Below are positions 12,164 to 25,159 of a stretch of DNA of 46,333 nt, piece by piece. The stretch is taken from NCBI RefSeq assembly GCF_001194135.2, contig NC_068981.1, positions 56,890,665-56,936,997 of the forward strand. The letters are read 5' to 3'. The notes beneath the pieces were generated by a model, which was given only the letters and a program-made list of their open reading frames with translations, searched no databases and was not told where the DNA came from. The number at the start of each line of letters is the position of its first letter. Position 1 is the stretch's first letter. The position numbers were made by a program, and so were the translations under genes. The stretch comes from Octopus bimaculoides. Lineage: Eukaryota.

Positions 12164-12455
12164 TAGTCTTATTTTTATCAGGTGCTTTTACTACACTACC
12201 GAGCGCAGTTCTGTGTGCCTTAGGTACACGCTGTGGCTTTACTTAGGACAGGTGCAGTGTCTACTAGTGCTGTGTTAGATACATTTGTATCTAACACAGC
12301 ACTGTATTAGATACATTTGTAAATCCTGGTGTTTTGGCTACATGTTTGTCTGAATGCATTTTAGTCATATCTAATGCACCTACTATTACAGGAATTGTTT
12401 CTGCTTTTAGGCTTCACATTCGAGTTACCTCATTTCAAGATCCTTTTATTCTGAC
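12161..12455 (-). mobile_element. R4/Dong-type LINE 3' end flanked by (AAT)n
   Basis: Minus strand: ...MWNLKAETIPVIVGALDMTKMHSDKHVAKTPG...-like endonuclease tail plus 3' UTR; (AAT)n on both sides. Confidence 0.78.
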
Positions 12456-13009
12456 AGTTTATTATTATTATTGTTGTTGTTGTTGTTGTTATCAACTACG
12501 AAATTCTCCCTACCAAATTCCACTCAAGTGGTACAGGTTAATCTGGAAGTTTCAACAGAATACAGTTACACAAATTCCTGCACAGCAGGAATGAACCCTG
12601 AACCATGAGGATGTGAAGCATACTTCTTAACCGCAACTCTAAATATCTGAAATTTGAACAGTTAAAAAAGCAGCAAGCATGCTCGTAAATCATAATGTAT
12701 TACTTCGCTTTTTCCACAAGATCGTTTCTCTTTACAGGAAAGAAGGCACAGTTATTCCCCAGTCCAATAATGAGCAACACTTTCAAGATCTCTACGTAAC
12801 AGAAATCAGTGTCATTGTTCTTAACATCAGTAGTCTTCGACCATGGTTGATGTTTAAAATCGTCTCAAAATATCTCTCAGATTTTTTATTTATTTATTTT
12901 TTTTAGATATTTCTCTGCTGTAAAGAAGAGGAAAAGTTCGAAAATGATTATTACAGATAGAAGGTGCTATATGTGTCACTCACCTCATGTATCAGATGTT
13001 TCCTGTTGG

Positions 13010-13985
13010 TCTGCTTTGTCGCAGTGCACCCAAAATTCAATAATATATCTCACATTCATCTTTCGTAAATCAATGATTTTGTACGATCCTTTGTAGGGGA
13101 TACCACTCTTTGTGTCTGCATCTTTCAAACACATTCACACAGGCGGTATCCTCATTCATGATAGGCATAATTACGCAAACATTTATCTCTTCCTCTCTTT
13201 CTCCCCACCTCTCTCTCAATATTTTTTACAGAGATCTCGACAACATACTCCAGTGTTAACATTCAATACAAAACTGTTACAGATACCAAAGGAGCGATCT
13301 GCCACTACATTCTCTTACTCATGAACATCACACTTGAAATCTCTACGACTTCCTAAAACGGAACAAACTCTGGTGCATATCTCATCAAGTCTGCACCTCT
13401 ATAACGTCACCAATTTTGTAAAACAAAGTATGTTTTATACCATTTAAGAACAGGAAATATTTAAGTTTTCTTCAGGTAATGACCTTTGATAAAACTCAAA
13501 CTTCTACCCACATTGGAATATTACTTTCATGTCTAAGCCTTAGCAGCTGTTACAGACATGCACATCAAAGTAGATCACTTTTAAAAAATCTGACTGAGTG
13601 GTATTCACCATTACACTACAAGAACTGGCTCGTAGACGCGTTCATATTCTCTCTGCTGCTTCTCCTACAACTACAACCACTTCTGCTTCTTTGAACTAGA
13701 AAGCAGCAAACCTTCTGCACCTTGGCCCACATGAGGAATCTAGACCTTCCCCACTTGCCTCCTTTTCTAGTCAACTCTACTGTATCTCACCCACCTAACC
13801 CCGGTCTAAAACAACCTCGCTCACATGTTGTATCCCCCTAACTACGGCCCTCTGAAATTCCGTCCATTCCCAAGATTTTCCCACTGGCATCGAACTACAG
13901 AAGTTCAAGCTAAATATCAAACACATCGATCTCCTCAGTCTGGGAGGAACTGCAAAGGTCATGCTGTTGCACGTCCCTCTCCGAC
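13010..13985 (+). mobile_element. Decayed L2/CR1-group LINE 3' portion (RT core to 3' end)
   Basis: Degenerate GVPQGS..SP / INDF / FVGDTTL (YADDTTL), DLDNILQ..TFNTK, and L(W)NSVHSQDFPTGIELQKFKLNIKHIDL, in the correct order. Confidence 0.65.
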
Positions 13986-14029
13986 GAAATATTTGTTTAA
14001 TGTGCTTGTATCTAGTCGTTTGTGTGTAC

Positions 14030-14090
14030 ATATCTGTGTATATATGTATGGATACACACACAAACATAAACATAAGTCATCACATGTATA

Positions 14091-14129
<39 letters not shown>

Positions 14130-14300
14130 ATATATGGTGTGTATATGTGTGTGCACGTGCGTATGTATGTGCCTGTGTGTGGCTGTATGTACATAAATAT
14201 ATATATATATACATATACACACACATGTGCACGCACTGTATATAGATTTTTATACACATTAGTAAATATAACTGTATATACATACATTGTATGTATATAC
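14030..14300. repeat. Degenerate (TG)/(TA) microsatellite
   Basis: Direct reading. Confidence 0.88.
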
Positions 14301-15619
14301 GTGTAATGTTTTAATAGAATTTATTTCTACTGTTGTTGATGTTGTTATTGCGATTTTTGTTGTTGCAGATGCTGATTTTATTTTTGACTTTTTTCTTTTA
14401 TTACTTTTTTTGCTTGTTCAGTTGCCCCAATCTGAGCTGCTTGCGTAGATCTGTCTACGGAATATGTGGTAATTCGCCAAGCAAACATGTTTTTAAGGAG
14501 ACATAAGAGAAAGAAACAGTAATCGTATATAGTGTAAGCTTACCCAGACTGATGACATCAATATTCAGTTTTAATGTTTGCATGCTAATGTCTACAATGA
14601 AAAATAGGTAGGGTCGGAATTCCAGAAGGTTGCATTTCTGAGAAAAAGATGGGACAAAGTGTTAAGTACTGGTACAGTGCCTGGCAGGTGAGAAAAACAT
14701 AATTGTGATGGGTGGAGATGAGATGTGTGTGTAAGATAGATGGGGGTTCAGAGAGGTTAGAGGGTGATGTAACATCTGTAGTTAAGAAGCCTTCTTTATT
14801 CAGTCCATTATTTAATGGAATCATGTGATTAAGCCATTGTTTGTATATGTTGGCTGTATAATGTTGGTGATTTTGCCGACCTATCAGTCAGATCATCTTT
14901 TGGGTGTGTTTTCTTGGGGGGGGGGCGCGATTGTGTGTGTGTGTTTAGCAATAGGTGTGTATTTAGCAATAGGACTACCTTAGCTCTGAGTGTAGTACCC
15001 TATTTTGGGTTACATTTGCTGTTTTAGATAATCATCAACCGATCAAATCTGAAATATTTTCATAGACATTTACAAGATTTTTTAACAGCAGCACTGTCTC
15101 AAATATATGATGGATACTGCATTTATTAGTCGCATTTGAATGTTGTAAAAGATTCACCGATTCGTCTAATATCAGATCATCAGATTTCAGATATTTTCTG
15201 GGACCGAAGAAGATTGTAATATCTATCATATTTAGCAACATTGAAAGTTTTAATTATTTGTTTCTTTATGAATAGGGTGGTGATCTCCCAGACATTACTT
15301 GATGTCTGCAGTGATTGTCTTTGTACTGTTGAAAGAGACTTAGTTATTAACTCCATTCAAGGATGTTGTCATGGGTTTGTTCGTGGAGGCAACATCTGTC
15401 TAGTGTGAGGAGTTTAGTTTGTTTGTCTTCATGTCAACTCTGATCAGGCAGATCAAAGTCATTCTAATCGTAACCATTCTATCTTTTATCTATGCGCATC
15501 GAAACCAAGGCAGCCTTATGATAGGATTTGATTTTGTGGGGATTTAGTAGTTGTTATTTCTAGCTGGTCGAGGAATCACATAAAGCCGCCTCCGTTGGCT
15601 CAAGATATCTCGGTTGCCT

Positions 15620-15830
15620 GTAGATGTCACCTATGTACAGAGGATTATGGAGGAGGGGAAAACATCATCTGCGTAGAACAGCGAGTCACTAAGAAGTGAT
15701 AGAATGTACAAAAGAAGGATGTGACATACTTTAGAGCATGTCAATGTTGTAAGAGCACGGGTTGGTGAGGCATCCGTCAGCAGGTTATCATAGTATAAGA
15801 TTGTTCGAAACTAAGAATGTTCACAACGTT
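15620..15830 (-). mobile_element. Decayed L2/CR1-group RT core fragment
   Basis: Minus strand reads ILLLYILSLLSDSLFYADDV (YADD motif). Confidence 0.55.
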
Positions 15831-15844
15831 AAATAAGTTATAGA

Positions 15845-16075
15845 GCAGTGGAGTAGCAGAATCGTTAGAGCATCGAACAAATTGCTTTGTAGCATTTCGT
15901 CATGTACTTTATGTTTTGAATTCGAATCCCGCCAAGATCTGGATTTTCATCCTTCTTTAAATAATAAAATAAAAGACCACTTAAATACAGTACAGGTTAA
16001 TTTAATCGATTATATCTTTCCCAAAAGCTGTTCGATTTATTCAAGTGATCATCTTGGGGTAAAAATTGAATGTTA
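15845..16075 (+). mobile_element. Old, diverged SINE family A copy
   Basis: gagtagcagaatcgttagagcatcg...ttttgaattcgaatcccgcc...ttcatccttct. Confidence 0.65.
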
Positions 16076-17069
16076 AGCATTTCTTGTGAAAACAATTTGC
16101 TACAACAAGCAGTGTTCGAAAACGGATTGTCCGATAACACGGACAACCCCTAACAGACAATTTAGCATATATAATAAATTTTCAATACATTTCATCATTT
16201 TATCTCAAAACACAAGTCTCCACTAATTTTAGGTGCAACCATGTAAGCTTATTACTAACCTGAAATTTTATGTCGTGTAAAAATTAACCATCTTTCCATT
16301 GAAAGCGAATCGATCGTTCCCATACAGAAGTCATATATCGAAAATGTCTAAGAGAACATTGGGGTTTATAAGCTGTAAGTGCAACTTCTATTCCCGTTGT
16401 TAAATTGCATCTTTCTGTAATTTCCTGGCCGTTGCATCAAAATCTATTTATCTGTTTATTCATTTTTATAACATCTAATTTGTAAACTATAGCGTTGACT
16501 GTTATAGATTTCCAACTGATCAATAAAAATTTCACTATATTGCTAGAGAGAGTAACATGGGAGTGTCTGTGACTCGGTGCGCCTTTTATTTTAAAAAAAA
16601 CGGGATTTTGTCGTTGTTTGTATCTTATGACTAACTATAAACATTAGGGAAAGGTATGAACTTACAATTTTTTAATATATATATATTCGAAATTTCTTCA
16701 CAATTTGATCATATTGTTGAAAATTTTTGTCGCTTCAGAGTAGAATGTAAAGATAAAGCAAATATAATTACCTCTATTTAACGGCAGTGACTTCTTTAAT
16801 CGTAAATTTCCGTGTACGTGTGCGTTTGAGTATATGTATGAGGGTGTATGTGCGTGTGCATGCGCGTGTGTATGTGTGTATGCGTGAGCGTATGTATAAG
16901 GGTGTATGTGTGCGTGCATGTTTGTATGTTTGTGTATGCGAGCGTATGTATGAGTGTGCATGTGCGTGTGTGTGTGTGTGCGCGCGTGTGAGTGAGTGTT
17001 CAAAGATCGCAGGAAACATTACCTTTTCAAACACCGCCTGTTGTTGCAAATTGTTTCAGAAGAAATGCT
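16076..17069. mobile_element. Putative non-autonomous DNA transposon with ~48-bp imperfect terminal inverted repeats
   Basis: 16076-16125 agcatttcttgtgaaaacaatttgctacaacaagcagtgttcgaaaacgg versus reverse complement of 17022-17069 agcatttcttctgaaacaatttgcaacaacaggcggtgtttgaaaagg (5 mismatches, 2 gaps). Confidence 0.65.
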
Positions 17070-17289
17070 CTACGCACAAGGGACTCTGGGATACCATTAC
17101 ACATATTTGCTCTATGTGTTCTTTTGACTTTTGTTGTGACCTGAAATAATACATAATTATTTGGAATTATTTGTTGAACACCTTCAGCTCAGACAATGTA
17201 CTCTGATGAGTTCCTGTGTGTTTTATTTACACACACACACACACATACACACATACAAATGATGGACTTTCTGCTCAGCATTGTTACCG

Positions 17290-17432
17290 CAAACCAAGTT
17301 TCACTTAAAACGTATTGGTCAACTACAGGCTATAATAAAAGAAATATGCTTAAAGTGTTAGGCTGTGAGATCGAACCTGAAATCACGCCGTTTCGAAATG
17401 GATTTCTAAACCATACATCCACGCCTGTGCCC
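17290..17432 (-). mobile_element. Diverged CORE-type SINE (family C) head
   Basis: Minus strand aligns by eye with the 37646-37830 copy. Confidence 0.6.
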
Positions 17433-18129
17433 ATTTAGAACTGATAAAAGAGATTGTTGTGTGGAATTTATCTATAAACCAGGCAGTTTGGCGTAGAGTT
17501 TAAATATACACGTGGGAATAGGAAATGTTGATTAAACTTCAGTTATATGATGGATTGAATAAAAATATGGTGGGATTTTAGTCATAGTTTGGATAAAAAT
17601 AAACGTTGATATAGAACTCAGTGATACATTTGGGAGAACATTGCATTGCCTGGTGTAGTGGAAAGTGAGGTTTGTGCATACACAAGAGAGAAAGAAAATA
17701 CGCCGAGAGAATAGAGCGAAGTTATTCATAGTTTAAATAGAGACAAAATAGCTCTTTAGGGATTTTAGAACTTATTAAATCAGAACTATGCAAAAAGAAA
17801 ACATAATTATATTGGAAGTAATTACAGAGCAGCATTTTGCAAATATTTCGTTGAGCTGATTTCTGATTATTTCCATAAGTCATGGAAAGGTGGCGCAGTG
17901 TTAGTCTATGCAATTAGTCTATGCAATAGACCACAACACATTGTTTCCTATCTATTTCTGTTTCCATTCACTCTTCGTTTGACCATTATTCTCAATGTTT
18001 TATTCTTTTCTATCTTCTCAGTCTTTTTCCTTTTCTTTTTTCCTTCGTCCACTTTTCAGTTTGTAGGAAACCATAGAATTTTTTCTGGCGTGCTGTAAGA
18101 TCTGTAAAATATAATCTGGTATCTTTAGC

Positions 18130-18250
18130 TTTTACTTGTTTCAGTCATTGAACTGCAGCCATGCTGGAGCACAACCATAAAATATTTAGTCGAACAAATC
18201 GATCCCAGTATCTAGTTTTCATGTGTGGTACATATTCTATTGGCCTCATA
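18130..18250 (-). mobile_element. SINE family C 3' tail fragment
   Basis: ttttacttgtttcagtcattgaactgcagccatgctggagc is the reverse complement of the 38060-38124 tail. Confidence 0.7.
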
Positions 18251-19649
18251 CCTCAGACTTCCACAATTGCCATCTACCAAATTATCTAACATTTTCATAA
18301 TTCTTTCTAACATTAACTGCCGTAAAATTATCGCCAGTAAAATCAACTAGCTGTTTTTCTTCGATAGAATTCCCAGAGCGTCGAACAAAATCTCTCAAAG
18401 TATTTCTTTTCAAACATTTATGTTCTGTTTGCTAATCCCACAGATATCGATTTTTCTTGCTATTCTTCTGAGGTCGATGAAATAAGTGCAAGCTAGATAT
18501 TTAGTTTGATATAACTGACTCCAGGATTGCCCCAGATTTTATGGCCAAGTATTAATGATGTCTATTTTTATAATAAAAGCATTGTTTAATGACTCGTGGT
18601 AAACTGTCGGAGAAGTGAAACAGTTGATTCATAGTTGGAGATGCCTAGCTTCTATCTATCTTAGGTACTTGTGAAATCTTACAGAGAGTGGGTGAATCAC
18701 TATGTAGTCATTCAACTACCAAAGAATAACTGAAATTTCTCTCTTGTTATGCCCTACCATCTTAGAAAGAAAAGTGACCCATAGCCATGGCTGGAACACC
18801 TTTAATCATTGGTCTCTTTGCCCACAGCTGACCTTGAGCTAAACTCTAAGATCAACTTACAAAAGTGAGTTAAATGAAGGCGGAGATTTTGTCAGAGACA
18901 TTTTCATTCCAGAGTAAAACTTTTGATGATATAAAAGCCACACGGGCATGTAAGACACAATCCAGTTTCAGTAGCGAATTATCGGAGCGGAGGTGGAAGG
19001 TCAGTCAGGAACAACATTAGCATATCGGGTGGCCCAGCGTCGCATATAGGAGTCTGTGTGGTTTCTTGAGAAATCATTTTTGGTAAAATAGGTCTTATAT
19101 GCCATAAAACATGGTAATCCCAGCACCAACAGAAACGAGGAGGGAGTTTCTGTATTTTGTCCTGACATACTAGCAATGATAGCCAAATTTCCCTCAAAGC
19201 ATATTTCATCATTATCGAGTAGCAGACGGCCATAACCTTCCTCTGCCCATTACGACTTTAATATTCAGTTGGGTCCCATGGTCGGTTGACTGGACCCTAA
19301 CCATCAGTGGCATTTGAATCCCTTGGAACAATTTCAACGTAAAACGTCGAGAGCCGGAATAAATGATGCAAAGGCATCACATCCGACGCTCTAAAATTTC
19401 CACATATACACAATCCTGGTCCGATACTCTAATTAAAGGTCCGAAAATATGAAATCCCAAGTTAACCTCGGAAAAATTTCAACTAGGAGCACTGGGAGTC
19501 AAAAACAATTCGCCGTGTGATCCTGTGTAGTCCTAAAAAGAGGGGATGGCCACAGTTGGAATACCTTTGAACATAAGGTTATGCGATTGTGGCTAATCAA
19601 GACTAAACAATAACTAGTACAATAGCTTTACTACAGCGAACCTCTAAAG

Positions 19650-19919
19650 CAGTAATTCTCAACCATTTTTTTTTGCTCATGGACTCCTTTCATTCCTATT
19701 TTACTCTCCTGAACCTCCATTCCCATACACTGAGTATTAAAAAAATCTCACGGTATTTTTGTAATTAAATATTTGGGGGAATTGTATAAAAAAATTGAAA
19801 TATTTAGTCTATTGTAGAAATATAATTAATTATTACACATAAATGTATAAATGTAAACAACAAAATCTTATATGGACACCCACCACCGGGCCATATGGAC
19901 CCCGGTTGAGAACCTCCTG
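19650..19919. mobile_element. hAT (Charlie-like) MITE, 270 bp
   Basis: TIRs cagtaattctcaacc / ggttgagaacctcctg; flanking 8-mers ctctaaag and ctctatat (6/8 match) fit an 8-bp hAT TSD with the NTCTANAN preference. Confidence 0.8.
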
Positions 19920-19924
19920 CTCTA

Positions 19925-20120
19925 TATGGTTGCTTGATCTACGAGAAATAGCAGATACACCACACTGCCTTCAAAACACACTCGACTACAAAATGGAGGG
20001 ATCGGTTTGGTAATATAGTTCTGGATACACTATGCCTGAATATAAGGCTGAATGGTCACGGTTGGAACCGCTTTGATCATAGGTCTGCTAGATCAAGGCT
20101 GAAGTGGAACTAAGCATCAC
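19925..20120 (+). mobile_element. Ancient unclassified interspersed repeat (further copies at about 18740-18845 +, 19500-19610 +, 27850-27965 +, 38740-38895 -, 41090-41280 -)
   Basis: Shared motif resembling tggtca(t/c)ggytggaa...ctttgatcataggtctgc...gctgac...ctaaa at several diverged sites. Confidence 0.55.
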
Positions 20121-20989
20121 CTACTTGTTGACTATAGTGATTGCTTCTTGTGATAGAGTTTGTGTTTGAGATTTAAAGGACTGGTAAATGGAAGGTTGTA
20201 AAATTCAAACCTGTTTCAACATGTCAGGTCTAATTTCCAGGTAGAACAAAGAAGAGAGATCATAATTCAATGCTTGAAGTTTGCAAAGTAGTTTGATGTT
20301 TTACATGATTCAAATTGATTGCTCCGATTTGAGAATAAATGGAATTTTTATTGCCAAAAGTCGCCGACATACTGTTTAGCCGGAGTAGGATAAAAGGCAT
20401 CAAATCGGCACCACAAAGTCTACAAACAATTCTGTATATGAATGCATATTACATCTGCATAATAAATGATAGGAGTCTATCTATGTGAATGAACATACGT
20501 ATATATTGCTATTGAAACTGTGTCATTATTGTAATTATTGTATAACTACTGTATTTATTATTCTATTCCATATCCATTTTTGTATATTATTATTGTCATT
20601 TCATATGTATCGATTATTAATGTTTCTGTTGTATTTTATTGGGTTTTTGCTTATTTATATCTCTTTCAACTCGAACTGCAATGTACTTTTCGTTGTATTT
20701 GCATAAGTAAAAATAATCGAACTGAATAAAACTGAAGCAGAAAATCTTTATTTGGCACGGTAGCTATAGAGATGCAACAATGAGGCAGCAATTATTTCGT
20801 ACATATTCAATCAGAAATTTCAAGCACATGGTTCGCTGCTGATTATATATTTAATCTTCATTATAGAATGGTAAAATGTTTAAAAGCGCTTCCCTTTCAG
20901 CCGAGATCAGATTCACTGTGATTATTACTTTCGTCAAATCGTACATTATTTTCTGGTGTAAAAATTTCAAGTTACCTCCATTTCAAATT

Positions 20990-22022
20990 ACCTCCAAGAA
21001 AAGTCAATGGGTCTTCATCTCGACGCTTGGAGAGGCAAGGCTCATACCGTCCAACAGTGTCTTGAGGCACTGGACGGACCGGTTGAATTGTTCGGAGACT
21101 GTTTATGTGGGGACCTTTAAGAGGAGTATTGGGATCGCCTGACCGTGTCTTGTTCCAGTTCTCATCTCACTAGACAGGAGTGCCTGCTCTTTCACTTTCT
21201 ATGGGACGACGCGTTCCATTGGTTAGGCGTTCTATTTGTTGGCAATACCTACTGAGGGGAGGACTGAGAATGCCGTGGCTCATGATGTGCAGACATACGC
21301 TGAAACTGAAGCATCTCAAGCATTTTCTAGACGGTGAGTTGGTGTGGTTGTCATTTGTCAGACTCGCTTTTCATAGTTCGTCTCTTTTCAGAGCTGCACT
21401 ACCTTCACCTTAATTTTCCATAGCCGGGCTATTTCGTACTTAAGAGGGTTGTATTTATCTAATTTTTCGCCTTCCTTCTTGACTATTTGTGGGTCAAATG
21501 GGCATGCAACGCCAACTATATAGCATATGTGGTGCACCTTGTCCACCACCACTAGGTCCGGTCTGTTATGCTCTAGCACCTGATCTGTTTGGATTGGGAA
21601 ATTCCAGAGGATTTTGCTAGCCTCCGATTTTGCCACTCTCTGCGTTTTATCCTCATACAACTTCTTGCCTTTCTCTATCCCCCACTTTTCGCACAGCTTC
21701 CAATGTAACACTTTCGCTACCTGATTGTGTCGCCTCAACTTATGGCTTTGGGCAAAATCTAGGGCATTCGTTCGTGATATGAGCAATAGGTTAATCCATT
21801 CTATTGCAGATGCGGCGCAGCGGAGGCACTTGCTCATTCTTCTGGTTGACCATCCAGTTCGTGGCCAGAGTTTGGTCCTGCGCTGCCAGTATAGTTTTCT
21901 CGGTCTCTTTCTTTTTTTAGAGTTCCTTTCATCAACCAATACCACCTATTTTTACCAGTAACTTCTGCTGTGGCTACATGGAATTGATTGTGTAGCACCT
22001 TCTTGTGTAGATTCTTCTTCAT
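20990..22022 (-). mobile_element. R4/Dong-type LINE 3' fragment, subfamily 3 (CCHC, endonuclease, 3' UTR)
   Basis: WLMKGTLKKE.EKTILAAQDQ, RRHNQVAKVLHW, LWNFPIQTDQVLEHNRPDLVVVDK...ACPFD...EKLDKYNPLKYEIARLW. Confidence 0.9.
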
Positions 22023-22039
22023 GCCTGTTTTGCCAGCTG

Positions 22040-22738
22040 TTCACTACCAGTGAACTAAGGTAACATCCCTTATTTTTCGAGCACCATCCGGAGTATTCGA
22101 GCGGTACCAAGCAGTTCTGTTTTCTGCAAGTGTTCCACCCTTATTGCAGTCCCTATTTGTTCCAGTTACTTCTAAAGATTTTTCTCACTGTTCACAGGGC
22201 TCCGACAATTATTGCTGCCACTACCAACTTTTTCAGCGACCACAACTGTTTAACCTCCCAAGCTAACCTGTCATATCTATCGACTTTTCTTTCTTCCTTA
22301 TCGCATACATTGTCAGCTGAGCTCGCTGTATCTATGATCCAGCATCGTTTGTTTTCTTTCTCAAATAAAACTATTCTCTACCTTATGGTCGCACTGATTC
22401 ATAAAATCCCACAGGATCTTTGCATTATCATTTTCGATGATGCCTTTGGGTTTATGTTCGTGCCACTTTTTTGCTCTGTCAAGTCCGTACTTGTTGCAAA
22501 GTGTCTAATGGATAATCCTTGATATATTGTCATGACGTCCCTTTTATTCTTTCTGGGCTAGTGGCTTACATTTACTGGTAATATGCCATACGGTTTCACC
22601 ATTTTGTCCACAGATTCTGCACTTATCACTTTCTGATGTGTTGTCTATTCTGTATTTGATGTAATTCGTTCTTAGTGCTTGCTCTTGGACAGCACAGATT
22701 AGAGCCTCCGTTTCCGGTTTTAAATCACTTTTAGTCAT
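22040..22738 (-). mobile_element. R4/Dong-type LINE 3' fragment, subfamily 2
   Basis: MTKSDLKPETEALICAVQEQALRTNYIK...CRICGQNGETVWHITSKC, ILWDF, LLGTARILR. Confidence 0.88.
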
Positions 22739-23040
22739 CTATCTTTCTGTCAGTTTGAACGTTAAAGTTCCAAAGAAGTGAGATGTGATGATTTTCAAGT
22801 ACTGGCGGTGGTTTGTGTTCCAACCAGTTTTTATCGTGTGGTAGGTCCAAGTCTTTGCAAATTATCCAATGAATATACTGAGCTGCACTGTCATGTCTGT
22901 TGAGATATTCTGTAGGCACAAGAAGGCTGCATATGGAGGCAGCTTGGTCGATGGTTCCATTTTGTTGTTTACATACATGACATGTTGGGTTACTGCCGTT
23001 CTTTAATATGTTGGCCTGGTAGCTTCTTGTAGATAGGCAT
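22735..23040 (-). mobile_element. R4/Dong-type LINE fragment, subfamily 1 (same as 7068-8145)
   Basis: QCLSTRSYQANILKNGSNPTCHVCKQQ...RHDSAAQYIHW...LWNFNVQTDRK; DNA closely matches about 7510-7820. Confidence 0.88.
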
Positions 23041-23042
23041 TG

Positions 23043-23123
<81 letters not shown>

Positions 23124-23146
23124 GTTGTTGTTATTGTTGTTGTTGT

Positions 23147-23189
<43 letters not shown>

Positions 23190-23200
23190 GATACTAATAC
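23041..23200. repeat. Compound (ATT)n/(GTT)n/(ACT)n microsatellite
   Basis: Direct reading. Confidence 0.96.
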
Positions 23201-23747
23201 TAATGCTACTATTATCACCATCACCCTTATAATTTTATCTAAATAAACATACATAAATAAAAGGTTTGCAGGTGTAATCTGAAATCATAAGGTGTAAGAC
23301 AGAAGTATCTAAGAATAGCAGGTTTTAACTAAAATCAGTTTCACCATACTTTCAGGCTATGAGAGCAGAATTTAATGTAACTGTAGTGGTGTAAGGTGAA
23401 GCAGGGGCTAAATGGAATGGCTACACCGACACCCACAGCAGTAAGACATTCTAGAATCTACTATTGGCATTTCTATGTGTTTCTGGGTGGAATATATTAT
23501 TGCATATTACATTGCTTCTATTGATCTAGGTATTGCAGATAGGCTCGACATCTCCGTTAGAATGTCATTTCATGCAGCGAAATATTGTTCTGTTACTCCC
23601 TACATACTTTGAAAATTCAGATAGAACCAGCTTCTAAACTAGAGTTCGGACGCAAAGAGTAGATTTGTGTGGATCAGTACGTTGGTCAAAAGATGGAAAG
23701 AGAAAGGAAGATAAATAGTAGAGAGAAGGGAGAGGGCGAGAAATGTT

Positions 23748-23749
<2 letters not shown>

Positions 23750-23815
<66 letters not shown>
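23750..23815 (+). repeat. (GATA)n microsatellite
   Basis: Direct reading. Confidence 0.96.
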
Positions 23816-24385
23816 ACTAAAGTAGAAGCATCTACAAAGACATTCGAACTTCCAGATGCAAAAAGTAAGAGGCAAATCTACCTCAAATTACGCAGTACTG
23901 ACTTTAGAACATGGGTGATGCATATTAAATGATATAGTTCTAGTGACAAAACGGCTGGAAAAAAAACCTGATGATCAAAACTCAGAGATATTTGATTATA
24001 GATCAGCTCAATATTTTCATAACCCGAGACTAAACAACTACCACAGCAATACATAATAGATTTTAGTTTATATTCTTTTGTTTCAAGGATTAGAAAGCTT
24101 TATTGATAGTTGAATGTTGCCAAAGAAAATATGAACTAGTTTTAAAACGAGTCTAATTAATGACAAAAAAATAATCTACATAGGTCTTTTTTTTTTCATG
24201 GCCTGTAAAATATAGAAACAATGATATTTGTACTTTTTTTATCCTATTTGTGTATTTGTTAAACATTGATCCGTATTAAACCTTGAAATTACATATTAAC
24301 ATATGTTGTGTTTCGGTCACAAGAAATTTAGTAGCGAAAATGACACATATAAACACACAAACACGCATACGTACATTTATACATG

Positions 24386-24418
<33 letters not shown>

Positions 24419-25107
24419 NNNNNNNNNNNNNNNNNNNNNNNNNNNNNNNNNNNNNNNNNNNNNNNNNNNNNNNNNNNNNNNNNNNNNNNNNNNNNNNNNN
24501 NNNNNNNNNNNNNNNNNNNNNNNNNNNNNNNNNNNNNNNNNNNNNNNNNNNNNNNNNNNNNNNNNNNNNNNNNNNNNNNNNNNNNNNNNNNNNNNNNNNN
24601 NNNNNNNNNNNNNNNNNNNNNNNNNNNNNNNNNNNNNNNNNNNNNNNNNNNNNNNNNNNNNNNNNNNNNNNNNNNNNNNNNNNNNNNNNNNNNNNNNNNN
24701 NNNNNNNNNNNNNNNNNNNNNNNNNNNNNNNNNNNNNNNNNNNNNNNNNNNNNNNNNNNNNNNNNNNNNNNNNNNNNNNNNNNNNNNNNNNNNNNNNNNN
24801 NNNNNNNNNNNNNNNNNNNNNNNNNNNNNNNNNNNNNNNNNNNNNNNNNNNNNNNNNNNNNNNNNNNNNNNNNNNNNNNNNNNNNNNNNNNNNNNNNNNN
24901 NNNNNNNNNNNNNNNNNNNNNNNNNNNNNNNNNNNNNNNNNNNNNNNNNNNNNNNNNNNNNNNNNNNNNNNNNNNNNNNNNNNNNNNNNNNNNNNNNNNN
25001 NNNNNNNNNNNNNNNNNNNNNNNNNNNNNNNNNNNNNNNNNNNNNNNNNNNNNNNNNNNNNNNNNNNNNNNNNNNNNNNNNNNNNNNNNNNNNNNNNNNN
25101 NNNNNNN
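24419..25107. other. Assembly gap (N run); further gaps at 25732-25979, 29629-30162, 31335-31628, 32787-32906, 37743-37752, 39875-40006
   Basis: Runs of n, mostly bordered by microsatellites or SINEs. Confidence 0.99.
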
Positions 25108-25159
25108 GCGTATGTATGTATGTATCAATTTTATACACTGCCGACAGAGCTATTGATAG

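Noticed and set aside
12984-13135. Minus-strand frame ending at a strong gag|gtgagt donor
   Set aside because: The frame stops just before the donor, and the region is better explained as antisense of the decayed L2/CR1 RT.
15035-15241. 68-aa non-repetitive minus-strand ORF
   Set aside because: No recognisable domain and no convincing splice sites; length is within chance range.
18860-19260. GC-richer segment with two overlapping minus ORFs
   Set aside because: No motif or splice support; cannot be distinguished from an old repeat.
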